From Candidatus Limnocylindria bacterium (GTDB taxonomy: Bacteria > Chloroflexota > Limnocylindria > P2-11E): 40,021 nucleotides of DNA. Positions within the stretch are counted from its first letter, which is position 1, and every line of letters begins with the position of its first letter. The stretch is taken from positions 1 to 40,021 of the forward strand of contig DASWFN010000072.1 of assembly GCA_036394215.1 (NCBI GenBank), given 5' to 3'. The notes below the pieces were generated by a model that saw nothing but the letters and a program-made list of their open reading frames with translations, was not told the origin of the DNA and did no database searches. A program made the position numbers and the translations under genes. Shown one piece after another: positions 25,656-33,481 of this stretch.

Positions 25656-26833
25656 CAGCGCGCCTCGAGCGACGCGGTGACCGCGGTCGCGAGCTTCGCG
25701 AACGTGCGGCTGACCCCGCGCCCGCGCTGCTCCGAGGCCGCGAGCCCTTCCACGACGAGGCGCCGGGCGAAGGTCCGATCCTCCTTCAGGAAGACGATGC
25801 GCTCGCCCGCGCCGAGGGCGGCGCGCACGAGCTTCGCGGATTGCCCGCGGTTCGACCGATTCGCGACGATGATCCGGGGCGTGGGCGCGTAGCGGTCGAG
25901 CAACGCGAGGTACCGCTTCGTCGCGCGGAGCGCCCCGACCTCGCAGGTCGTGACCACGATGAGGAGCTGCGCGTTGCGACCGATGCCGACGACGGGCTCG
26001 AGCAGGCCGGGCAGGGTGTCGACGACCACGTCGTCGAACCACCGCCGCAGCGAGCTCACGAGGCGCAGTGCCCGGACGCCCCGCTCGGCGGCCCATGCCG
26101 CTCCTTCGATGGGCGATCCGACGCCGGGCAGGAGCGTCACCGCGCCGAAGCGCTGCTGCGCGATGGCCTGGATGTCGGCGAGCTGCAGCTCGGCCGCGCC
26201 GACGACCGCCGCGAGGTGGTCGATGGTCCGCTCCGGCGGCTCGGCACCCCACGTCGACGCGTCGCTGAACTGGAGATCGAGATCGCAGAGCGCGACGCGA
26301 CCCTTCTTCGCGAGGATGCTCGCCAGATTGACCGCGACGGTGCTCCGCCCGACGCCGCCCTTCGCCGACACGACGGCGATCGCGGCCCCGAGCGTCAGGC
26401 CGGAGTGCGCGGCCGGTGCCGCCGGCGCCGCCCGCGCGGCTTGCAGCGAGCGGCGGCGCTGCTGCTCGACGAGCGCCGCGGCGAGCGCCTCGGTCGCGAC
26501 GCCATCGAGGGGCGAGGCCAGGACCGCGAGCGCCCCGGCCCGCAGCGCCCGACGCTCGAGGTCGGCGTCCGTCGCGGGCGCGATGAGCACGACGCCGGTC
26601 GCCGAGTCGCGGGCCCAGAGCTGATCGAGGAGCTCGAACGGACCCGGATCCGCGAGACCGACGTGCGCGATGACGATGTCCGGCGTCGACGCGCGCACGG
26701 CCGCGGCCAGGTCACGGCCGTGATCGGCACCGCCCACGACGCGATGCGGCAGCGCGTTGACCCACAGGTCGATCTCGGCGCGAGCCGCGGCCGGCGCCGC
26801 GATGAGCAGCCGCGCCGGCACCGTCTCGCTCAC
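25655..26833 (-). CDS. cpaE: CpaE/TadZ-like protein: N-terminal receiver-like domain plus ParA/MinD-type ATPase
   Basis: 392 aa with a deviant Walker A (VVSAKGGVGRSTVAVNLA). The N-terminal roughly 120 aa show a CheY-like alternating pattern. Confidence 0.75.
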   Translation of the reverse strand: MSETVPARLLIAAPAAARAEIDLWVNALPHRVVGGADHGRDLAAAVRASTPDIVIAHVGLADPGPFELLDQLWARDSATGVVLIAPATDADLERRALRAGALAVLASPLDGVATEALAAALVEQQRRRSLQAARAAPAAPAAHSGLTLGAAIAVVSAKGGVGRSTVAVNLASILAKKGRVALCDLDLQFSDASTWGAEPPERTIDHLAAVVGAAELQLADIQAIAQQRFGAVTLLPGVGSPIEGAAWAAERGVRALRLVSSLRRWFDDVVVDTLPGLLEPVVGIGRNAQLLIVVTTCEVGALRATKRYLALLDRYAPTPRIIVANRSNRGQSAKLVRAALGAGERIVFLKEDRTFARRLVVEGLAASEQRGRGVSRTFAKLATAVTASLEAR

Positions 26834-27450
26834 TTTCCGAACGGCCGCAGCGCGATCGCGAGGGTCTGCCCATTGCGTGCCGCGAGCAGCCGCACGATCT
26901 CATCCGATGTCGCGGCGACGGTGAGGAAGGTGGACTGGTTCGCGTTGTCCGCGGAGCGGGGGGTGAAGTCGATGATCTCGAGGTCCGTCAGGATCGGGCC
27001 GCCCTCGCTGAGCGGACGGCCGGTGGGGTACGCGATGATGTCGATGCGGTCGTGCAGCTGGAGCCGGGGCGGGGCCGAGAGGAAGAACCCGACCGGCAGG
27101 TTGAAGGCGTACGGCTTGCCGGGCGGGATGAGCAGGCTCGCCGAGAGATCGGCGCCCTTCGCCGCGATCTGCTTGTCGACGAGGGCGGTGCCCTTGTAGA
27201 GCGGATCGCGAAGGAGCCGGCCCTCCGCATCGCTCAGCGAGGCGATGGCGCCGGGCGGCACGAGCCGCCGCGGCATCGTCGTCTGCGCCAGTACGTCGCG
27301 CGCGAGCACGGTCCGCGCCGGGATGTCGACGGCCGCGACGACGACCGGGATCGCGTCCTCCTCCGACAGCCGGGTCTGCTGCGCCTGCAGGACGATGAGC
27401 GTGACGAGCGCACCCGCGACGATCGCGATCGCGAGACGGCCGAGCCTCAT
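26830..27450 (-). CDS. cpaB: Flp pilus assembly protein CpaB/RcpC-like (SAF domain)
   Basis: 206 aa: N-terminal TM (LAIAIVAGALVTLIVL) followed by VVVAAVDIPARTVL... as in the SAF/CpaB family. Confidence 0.75.
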   Translation of the reverse strand: MRLGRLAIAIVAGALVTLIVLQAQQTRLSEEDAIPVVVAAVDIPARTVLARDVLAQTTMPRRLVPPGAIASLSDAEGRLLRDPLYKGTALVDKQIAAKGADLSASLLIPPGKPYAFNLPVGFFLSAPPRLQLHDRIDIIAYPTGRPLSEGGPILTDLEIIDFTPRSADNANQSTFLTVAATSDEIVRLLAARNGQTLAIALRPFGK

Positions 27451-27836
27451 GGTCCGGTCCGCGGCACGGCGGCGGTGCCGGAAGCCGTCAGCCGCAGGGG
27501 TCCGACGAGCCCTCCGTAGGACGTGACGAGCGTGACCTGGACCCGCACGAGCTCGGTCGGGCTCGAGGTCCGCGTGACCGCCACGCTGGCGACGCTGCCC
27601 CGCACGAGATCCGCGGTCGCCACCGCGGTCGCCTCCTGCTGCGCGGCCGCGTCGATCTCGGCCGAGGTGCTGGCGCCGACGAAGACCAGGTCCGCGGCCT
27701 TCCCGGTGGCCGCCTCGGCAGCGCGCTGCGCGGCCTCCTGGGTCTCGAGGGCGGCGAGATCGCTCAGCGCAACTCGCGCCGCACCGGTCCCGAAGAGAGC
27801 CACGGCGGCGAGTATCGCGGCTACGAGCACGATCAT
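27447..27836 (-). CDS. TadG/TadE-G-like pseudopilin-type protein
   Basis: 129 aa from MIVLVAAILAAVALFG.... An N-terminal TM is followed by an Ala/Gln-rich helix (ETQEAAQRAAEAA), as in Tad (TadE/G-like) domain proteins. It has an ATGA overlap with the upstream gene. Confidence 0.5.
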   Translation of the reverse strand: MIVLVAAILAAVALFGTGAARVALSDLAALETQEAAQRAAEAATGKAADLVFVGASTSAEIDAAAQQEATAVATADLVRGSVASVAVTRTSSPTELVRVQVTLVTSYGGLVGPLRLTASGTAAVPRTGP

Positions 27837-28246
27837 GGGCAGCTCACCGCCTGGGGCCCGGCGTTCTCGATCGTTCCGGGCTGGGTGGCGGTCCAGGTCG
27901 TGGCCACCGGAAGCAGGAAGCCAAGGTGGCCCGCTGCGCTCACGCTGATCGTGACCGCCGCCCCGCCGCACCGCTGCTGGCTGCCGTCGGGCACGATCGT
28001 CACGCCGATCGACTGCCCGCGCAGCCAGCTCGTATCAGACGCGGCGCCGCGCGCCTGGGCGTCGTCGTTCGAACCGGCCAGCGCGAGCGCCGCGCGGCGG
28101 GCCGCCGCCTCGACGGCCTCCTGGGTCAGGACCGCATCGAGCAGGCCGAACGCGTAGAACGAGGCGAGGAGGACGAGCGGCAGCCCGAGCGCGAATTCGA
28201 CGAGCGCCTGGCCGCGATCACTCCACACGGGCGACCGCACGCTCAT
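27833..28246 (-). CDS. TadE-like pseudopilin
   Basis: 137 aa. DRGQALVEFALGLPLVLL is the TadE N-terminal signature (G/xxxVE plus a hydrophobic helix). Confidence 0.65.
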   Translation of the reverse strand: MSVRSPVWSDRGQALVEFALGLPLVLLASFYAFGLLDAVLTQEAVEAAARRAALALAGSNDDAQARGAASDTSWLRGQSIGVTIVPDGSQQRCGGAAVTISVSAAGHLGFLLPVATTWTATQPGTIENAGPQAVSCP

Positions 28247-28580
28247 TCGTGTGGAGGGTCAGTCCGAAGGGGAGCGCGACCGCCGTATCCTTCGCCGCGG
28301 CCACGTACGTCCCGCGGCTCATCGGCGTCACGCACGCCGCGTCCGCGGCGCTCGGCGACGGGCCGCAGCTGAAGGTGATGGCGCCGCCACCGGCCGCGGC
28401 GCGTGCCTTGGCCGCATCCCGGACAGCGACCTGCGTCGCGGCGAGATCGCGCGCGGCGTAGGTCGCGTAGCTGACGAGTGAGGCGAAGGGGAGCGCCATC
28501 GACAGGATGAGGGCCACGCCGAGCGCCGTCTCGACGATCACCGAGCCGTCATCGCGCGCAGCCGCCGTTACGAAGCGCAT
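28218..28580 (-). CDS. TadE-like pseudopilin
   Basis: 120 aa. DDGSVIVETALGVALILSMALPF is TadE-like. This is the first gene of the operon. A TATGCT -10-like hexamer lies 11 nt upstream of its ATG. Confidence 0.55.
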   Translation of the reverse strand: MRFVTAAARDDGSVIVETALGVALILSMALPFASLVSYATYAARDLAATQVAVRDAAKARAAAGGGAITFSCGPSPSAADAACVTPMSRGTYVAAAKDTAVALPFGLTLHTNERAVARVE

Positions 28581-28652
28581 CAGCCGCGCCGAGCATATGG
28601 TCGGCGCGATGCCCTGGCGTTAGGCTCCGCACCGGAAGTGAAGGAGCTCGAA

Positions 28653-29351
28653 ATGCGTCTGCTCGCCCTCTGCGCGATCGCCCTCGTCGTTGCCGCCGGG
28701 TGCGGTGGCGCGGCAAGTCCGGCATCCGGCGGCGCCACCACCGCGGCCCCGGCGACGACGACTACCGCCGCCGCCACGACCGCGCCTGCAGCCGCGGCGT
28801 CCGGACCGAGCATCCTCGATGCGCTGAAGGCCGGGAAGCTCACGAGCTACAAGGTCACCTACAAGTGGACGACGACGGCGGGCGGCCAGACCCAGACGTC
28901 CGAGCAGACCTGGTACTACAAGCCGCCGAAGGCGCGCTATGACTTCTCGGCTGGTCCCGGCGCCTCGTTCTCGATCTACGCGCTGCCCGACGCGACCGTG
29001 ATGTGCACGACCTCGGGCGGGAGCGCGTTCTGCCAGACGACGCCGGGCGGCCAGGGCGCGTTCGCCCAGAACCCCGCCGCCGACTTCGCGGTGCAGCTGC
29101 AGGACAAGCCCGACCAGTTCAACGCCTCGTTCACCGGCTCACAGACGATCGCGGGGCAGCAGGCCCAGTGCTACAGCGTGAAGGGGCTCGGGGCGGCCGC
29201 CGCGGGCTTCGGCGACGCGACGACCTGCTACTCGTCGAGCGGCGTCCCGTTGAAGACGGTCATCACCGCGCAGGGCCAGTCGATCACGATGGAGGCGACT
29301 GCGTTCAGCGCGAACGTGTCGGACGCCGACTTCGTGCCGCCGAGCCGCTAG
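28653..29351 (+). CDS. Secreted lipoprotein, LolA-like/DUF-type beta-fold (function unknown)
   Basis: N-terminus MRLLALCAIALVVAAGC has a lipobox and is followed by a Thr/Ala-rich linker. The body (YKVTYKW...TWYYKPPKARYDF...SIY...) and the C-terminus (NVSDADFVPP) resemble LolA/RseB-like lipoproteins. A GAAGGAG RBS is present, and a TAGGCT -10-like hexamer lies upstream. Confidence 0.65.
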   Translation: MRLLALCAIALVVAAGCGGAASPASGGATTAAPATTTTAAATTAPAAAASGPSILDALKAGKLTSYKVTYKWTTTAGGQTQTSEQTWYYKPPKARYDFSAGPGASFSIYALPDATVMCTTSGGSAFCQTTPGGQGAFAQNPAADFAVQLQDKPDQFNASFTGSQTIAGQQAQCYSVKGLGAAAAGFGDATTCYSSSGVPLKTVITAQGQSITMEATAFSANVSDADFVPPSR

Positions 29352-29914
29352 GGGCGTTCGAGCGCGACCAGGGCGTCCTTCGCGGCCTCGCGCACCCAGC
29401 GGTACGGGTCGGTCCGGGAAGCGCTCTCGAGGAGCGGCCGGACCCGGCCGTCGCCGATGCTCCCGAGAGCGGCCGCCGCCGCCTCCCGCACGCCTGACTC
29501 TTCGTCACCGAACAGGGCGACCACCTCGACGAGCGAATCGTGGTCCTGGAGCCGGTCGAAGCCGTGGGCGGCGAAGATCCGGATCATCCAGTCATCGTCG
29601 TGGGCGGCCCGGCGGAACGCCGGCAGCGCGCTGGGCTCGTGCAGCTCGGCGAGCGCGAGGAGCGCCCACTTGCGGACCTCGCTCGGCTCGTCGGCGGCCG
29701 GAAGCAGCGCCGCGATCGCGTCCGCCCGCGATGGGCCGAGGCGTTCGGCCAGATCGGCGAGCGCCTTCGCCGCGTGCGCGCGCTCGTACGTCTTGTCCGC
29801 ATGGTCGTTCAGGATCGCGATGAGCCCCGCGATGTCACCGCTCCGTTGGAGCCGCTCGACCTTCGTCTGGAGGAATCCCGGAGGACGCGTGTTACGGTCC
29901 TTCGGAGGCGCCAG
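29348..29914 (-). CDS. HEAT-repeat (PBS-lyase-type) protein; start codon unresolved
   Basis: The frame is open from 29962 down to 29348 and reads as continuous HEAT repeats: DIAGLIAILNDHADKTYERAHAAKALADL..., EVRKWALLALAEL..., WMIRIFAAHGF..., SGVREAAAAALGSIG..., RWVREAAKDAL. The first ATG, GTG or TTG in frame is at 29587, so I provisionally listed the CTG at 29914. Confidence 0.55.
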   Translation of the reverse strand: MAPPKDRNTRPPGFLQTKVERLQRSGDIAGLIAILNDHADKTYERAHAAKALADLAERLGPSRADAIAALLPAADEPSEVRKWALLALAELHEPSALPAFRRAAHDDDWMIRIFAAHGFDRLQDHDSLVEVVALFGDEESGVREAAAAALGSIGDGRVRPLLESASRTDPYRWVREAAKDALVALERP

Positions 29915-29936
29915 GGCGCCCGAAGGATGTGAACGA

Positions 29937-30146
29937 ATGCGATCCGGAGGATTCCCGTGCCGTTACGGCGGCTGTGACGCCCGATTCACGGTGTCCGAGC
30001 AGGGCTCGATGCCCGCACTGCTCGCCGCGAGCGCGGAGCGCTCGAAGCACGAGACCGAGACCCACGCCTACACCCACGTGAAGCTCGAAGAGGTCATCAA
30101 GAAGCCGAGCTGGGCGTTGCGCAAGGCGGCAACCCCGAAGGCCTGA
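29937..30146 (+). CDS. Small hypothetical protein (69 aa) with a Cys2...His2 pattern
   Basis: MRSGGFPCRYGGCDARF...SKHETETHAYTH.... An AAGGA motif lies 9 nt upstream and third codon positions are G/C-rich. I recognised no family. Confidence 0.3.
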   Translation: MRSGGFPCRYGGCDARFTVSEQGSMPALLAASAERSKHETETHAYTHVKLEEVIKKPSWALRKAATPKA

Positions 30147-30197
30147 TGTTCTTTCACGCGATTATTCGGTAGACTTGCTCGTACAACTGAATACGCG

Positions 30198-30400
30198 ATG
30201 CCGGCCAGAGGTGCGGACACCAGCAGCGCCGTCGAGGAACGAGCTTCCACCGACACGGACGCAAGGGGTGAGCCGCCGAAGAGGGTGATCCGACTCGGGA
30301 TCGTCCTCTGGTCCACGATCCGGAAGGGCGTGGGCTGTCGCGACGGAGAAGGCACTCCGCCGCGGAGCGCTGACCGCATCAGGGCTTCGATCCGACGTCG
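30198..30400 (+). promoter_or_regulatory. Lysine riboswitch (L-box) aptamer
   Basis: The conserved L-box core strings occur in the canonical order: AGAGGTGCG (30207..30215), GGGGTGAGCCGCCGAAG (30265..30281), CTGGTCC (30308..30314) and GGCTGTCGCGACGGAG (30333..30348). It lies in the roughly 290-nt leader of a lysine-biosynthesis operon. Confidence 0.7.
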
Positions 30401-30402
30401 GA

Positions 30403-30439
30403 GGCTGGTGCGCATAGGCGCGACCGGCCTTTTTCTTTG
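30403..30439 (+). terminator. Intrinsic terminator (riboswitch expression platform)
   Basis: The stem pairs GGCTGGTGCGC with GCGC(G)ACCGGCC (11 pairs including one G-U, plus one bulged G) around an ATAG loop. TTTTTCTTTG follows, 24 nt before the hcs start codon. Confidence 0.6.
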
Positions 30440-30463
30440 TCCAACGAGAGAGGGAGGAACGTC

Positions 30464-31594
30464 GTGCCGATCGAGCAATTCGCGATCATCGACTCCACGC
30501 TCCGCGAAGGGGAGCAGTTCTCCAACGCGCACTTCACGACCGACGAGAAGATCGCCATCGCGAAGCTGCTCGACGCGTTCGGGGTGGAGTACATCGAGCT
30601 CACGTCTCCGGTCGCCTCCCCGCAGTCGTGCGCCGATCTCCGGACGATCGCCTCGCTGGGCCTGCATGCGAAGGTGCTCACGCACGTGCGGTGCCATATG
30701 GATGACGCCCGCGTCGCCGTCGAATCCGGCGTCACCGGCATCGACATTCTGTTCGGTACGTCATCCTTCCTGCGTGACTTCTCGCACGGAAAGAGCGTCG
30801 ACGACATCATCGTCGAGGCCAGCCGGGTCATCGAGTTCATCAAGGATCACGGCAAAGAGGTCCGCTTCTCGAGCGAGGACAGCTTCCGCTCGACCGAAGG
30901 GGACCTGCTGAGGGTCTACCAGGCGGTCGACAAGATGGGCGTGAACCGGGTGGGCGTCGCCGACACCGTCGGGATCGCGACCCCCCGCCAGTGCTACGCC
31001 CTCGCGGTCGAGCTGCGCCACCACATCAGCTGCGACATCGAGTTCCACGGCCACAACGATGCCGGCTGCGCGATCGCGAACAGCTACAGCATCCTCGAGG
31101 GCGGCGCGACGCACATCGACACGAGTGTCCTTGGGATCGGCGAACGCAACGGCATCACCCCCCTCGGCGGGTTCGTGGCGCGCATGTACGCCGACGACCC
31201 CGCGGCGATCAAGAAGAAGTACGACCTGCTGAAGCTGAAGGAGCTCGACGAGCTCGTCGCATCGCTGGTGAAGATCGACATCCCGTTCGACGAGTATGTG
31301 ACCGGCAAGTACGCCTTCCACCACAAGGCCGGGATGCACACGAAGGCGATCTACGTGAATCCGAACAGCTACGAGATCCTCGACCCCGCCGACTTCGGCC
31401 TGAACCGCACGATCAACATCGCGCACCGCCTCACCGGCCACAACGCCGTGGGCAAGCGCGCCGAGGAGCTCGGCCTCACCTTCGGCAAGGACGAGCTGCG
31501 AACGATCACGCTGCGCATCAAGAGCCTTGCCGACGCCGGCCCGCTCTCGATGGACCAGCTCGACTCGATCCTCCGCGAGTGGGTGGTCGCGTGA
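30464..31594 (+). CDS. hcs: Homocitrate synthase (alpha-aminoadipate lysine pathway type; LeuA/NifV superfamily)
   Basis: [63 protein letters not shown] and a C-terminal LDSILREWV. This is collinear with my recollection of Thermus/fungal homocitrate synthase. The GTG at 30464 follows a GGGAGGA RBS. Confidence 0.85.
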   Translation: MPIEQFAIIDSTLREGEQFSNAHFTTDEKIAIAKLLDAFGVEYIELTSPVASPQSCADLRTIASLGLHAKVLTHVRCHMDDARVAVESGVTGIDILFGTSSFLRDFSHGKSVDDIIVEASRVIEFIKDHGKEVRFSSEDSFRSTEGDLLRVYQAVDKMGVNRVGVADTVGIATPRQCYALAVELRHHISCDIEFHGHNDAGCAIANSYSILEGGATHIDTSVLGIGERNGITPLGGFVARMYADDPAAIKKKYDLLKLKELDELVASLVKIDIPFDEYVTGKYAFHHKAGMHTKAIYVNPNSYEILDPADFGLNRTINIAHRLTGHNAVGKRAEELGLTFGKDELRTITLRIKSLADAGPLSMDQLDSILREWVVA

Positions 31595-32976
31595 CCGGCG
31601 GAAAGACGCTTGCGGAGGTCATCCTCGGCAAGCAGTCCGGGCGCGATGTCCGAGCGGGTGACCTCGTGATCGTGCCGATCTCGCGGGTCATGGTCCACGA
31701 CTCGGTCATCGATGCGGTGATGGTCGGCCTCAAGGATCTCGGCAAGGACAGGGTGTGGGACACGAGCAAGGTCGGCGTGTTCGTCGATCACGCCGCGCCC
31801 GCGCCGACGCCGGTCGTCGCCGACTCGCATCGCGTCCTCCGCGAGTGGGTGCGGGCGCAGGGGATCCAGACCTTCTACGACGCCGGCGAGGGCGTGTGCC
31901 ACCAGATCATGGTGGAGGAGGGCTACTGCGAGCCCGGTACGGTGATCGTCGGCAGCGACTCGCACAGCAACTCCTACGGCGCGGTCGGCTCCTTCGGTGC
32001 GGGGATGGGCGCGACGGACATCGCGGTCGCCCTCGGCCTCGGGCGGACCTGGCTGCGCGTGCCCGAGTCGATCAAGGTCACGTTCACCGGCACGCTCCGC
32101 AAGGGCGTCACGATGAAGGACGCGATCATGCGCGTGGTCCGCGAGATCGGGACCGACGGCGCGCGCTACGCGTGCGTCGAGTTCCACGGCGTCGGCGATC
32201 TCCCGCAGGGCGATCGCATCACGCTCGCCGGGATGACGACGGAGATGGGTGCGAAGGCCGGCATCATCGTCGGCACGCCGGAGGCGCCGGCGTGGCTGCG
32301 GCCGGGCGCGGACGCGGCGTACCTGCGCGAGGTCCACGTCGATCTCTCGACGCTCGAGCCGCAGATCGCGATCCCGCCGCGCGTCGACCAGGTGTCGGAT
32401 ATCAGCGAGGCCGTCGGCATCCCGGTGGACATCGTGTTCCTCGGCTCGTGCACGAACGGCCGGCTCGTCGACATGCAGCAGGCGGCCGCCGTGCTCCGCG
32501 GCCGGCGGATCTCGCCGCGCGTACGTCTCGAGGTCGTCCCGTCGTCGCGGCGGCAGTTCGAAGATGCGATGGCCGACGGCACGCTCGGCATCCTGTCGGC
32601 GGCCGGCGCGGTCATCGGTAGCTCCGGCTGCGGGCCGTGCCTCGGGCGGACCGGCGGCGTCCTCGCGGGGCAGGAGGTCTGCTTCTCGACCGCGAACCGG
32701 AACTACAAAGGCCGGATGGGCTCGCCGGACGCGTCGATCTACCTCGGGTCGCCATACGTGGCGGCCGTGGCCGCGCTCACCGGCGTCATCGACGACCCGC
32801 GCCCGTACCTCGAGTCGAGCGAGCAGGACTTCGACGCGCTCGTCGCCAAGCGCCGCGAGGACCGCGGCGACCGCGGCGCGGCATCGGAGCGCTCGGGCGA
32901 TCGCTCGCGCGAGCTCGTGATGGCCCATCCGGTCGCGAACGCGCCCTGGGTCATCGGCATGGACCAGGAGGACTAG
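31591..32976 (+). CDS. hacA: Homoaconitase / 3-isopropylmalate-dehydratase-type large subunit (aconitase family)
   Basis: [18 protein letters not shown] and GCGPCLG are Fe-S ligand motifs. The start has a GTGA overlap with the hcs stop. The homoaconitase assignment rests on context (hcs plus the L-box). It carries a 54-aa charged C-terminal tail. Confidence 0.85.
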   Translation: MTGGKTLAEVILGKQSGRDVRAGDLVIVPISRVMVHDSVIDAVMVGLKDLGKDRVWDTSKVGVFVDHAAPAPTPVVADSHRVLREWVRAQGIQTFYDAGEGVCHQIMVEEGYCEPGTVIVGSDSHSNSYGAVGSFGAGMGATDIAVALGLGRTWLRVPESIKVTFTGTLRKGVTMKDAIMRVVREIGTDGARYACVEFHGVGDLPQGDRITLAGMTTEMGAKAGIIVGTPEAPAWLRPGADAAYLREVHVDLSTLEPQIAIPPRVDQVSDISEAVGIPVDIVFLGSCTNGRLVDMQQAAAVLRGRRISPRVRLEVVPSSRRQFEDAMADGTLGILSAAGAVIGSSGCGPCLGRTGGVLAGQEVCFSTANRNYKGRMGSPDASIYLGSPYVAAVAALTGVIDDPRPYLESSEQDFDALVAKRREDRGDRGAASERSGDRSRELVMAHPVANAPWVIGMDQED

Positions 32977-33470
32977 TGGCACGCGCGTGGGTCTTCGGCG
33001 ACGACCTCGACACCGACCAGATGGTCCCCGGCCGCTACGCGCCGTTCATGGTCGGCCAGGACAAGTTCCAGAACTACGCCTTCTACGACGCCCGGCCCGG
33101 ATTCGCGAAGGAGGTCAAGCCGGGCGACGTCCTCGTCGGCGGCGAGAACTTCGGCTGCGGCAGCTCGCGCGAGTACGCCGTCGCGGCGCTCCAGAAGCTG
33201 GGCATCGGCGGCATCGTCGCGAAGAACTTCGCGCGGATCTTCTTCCGGAACTGCATCAACCTCGGGATCCCGGTCGTGGAATCCGCCGACGCGGTGACCC
33301 TCGCGAAGGACGGCGACGAGGTCACGCTCGACCTCGACGGCGCGATCTTGCGCACGCCGCAGGGGAACGCCGTGCTCCGGCCGATCGCGCCGTTCGCCCA
33401 GCAGATCCTGTCGGCCGGCGGTGTCGTGAAGTACCTCGCGGCGCACGGAGACTTCCCAGAGGTCCGCTGA
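32976..33470 (+). CDS. hacB: Homoaconitase / isopropylmalate-dehydratase-type small subunit
   Basis: 164 aa with WVFGDDLDTDQMVPGRY and GENFGCGSSREYA (LeuD/HacB pattern). The GTG start overlaps the upstream TAG by 1 nt. Confidence 0.85.
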   Translation: MARAWVFGDDLDTDQMVPGRYAPFMVGQDKFQNYAFYDARPGFAKEVKPGDVLVGGENFGCGSSREYAVAALQKLGIGGIVAKNFARIFFRNCINLGIPVVESADAVTLAKDGDEVTLDLDGAILRTPQGNAVLRPIAPFAQQILSAGGVVKYLAAHGDFPEVR

Positions 33471-33481
33471 CGAGTGGCGCC

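Noticed and set aside
28581-28652. A possible hidden flp pilin gene upstream of the Tad operon.
   Set aside because: The region is only 72 nt and is occupied by divergent promoter-like hexamers and the lipoprotein RBS. The 87-aa ORF 28580..28843 (-) is antisense to the lipoprotein gene and has no Flp motif (G/xxxxEY).
30991-31590. The 5' extension of the homoaconitase ORF (661-aa version), and similar long upstream extensions at 16179..16451, 18329..20029, 10814..11887, 24396..26252 and 32637..32975.
   Set aside because: The extensions overlap the preceding well-supported genes in another frame and are Arg-rich. Internal starts with coupling signals (GTGA, ATGA or taGTG overlaps, or an RBS) fit family-typical N-termini.
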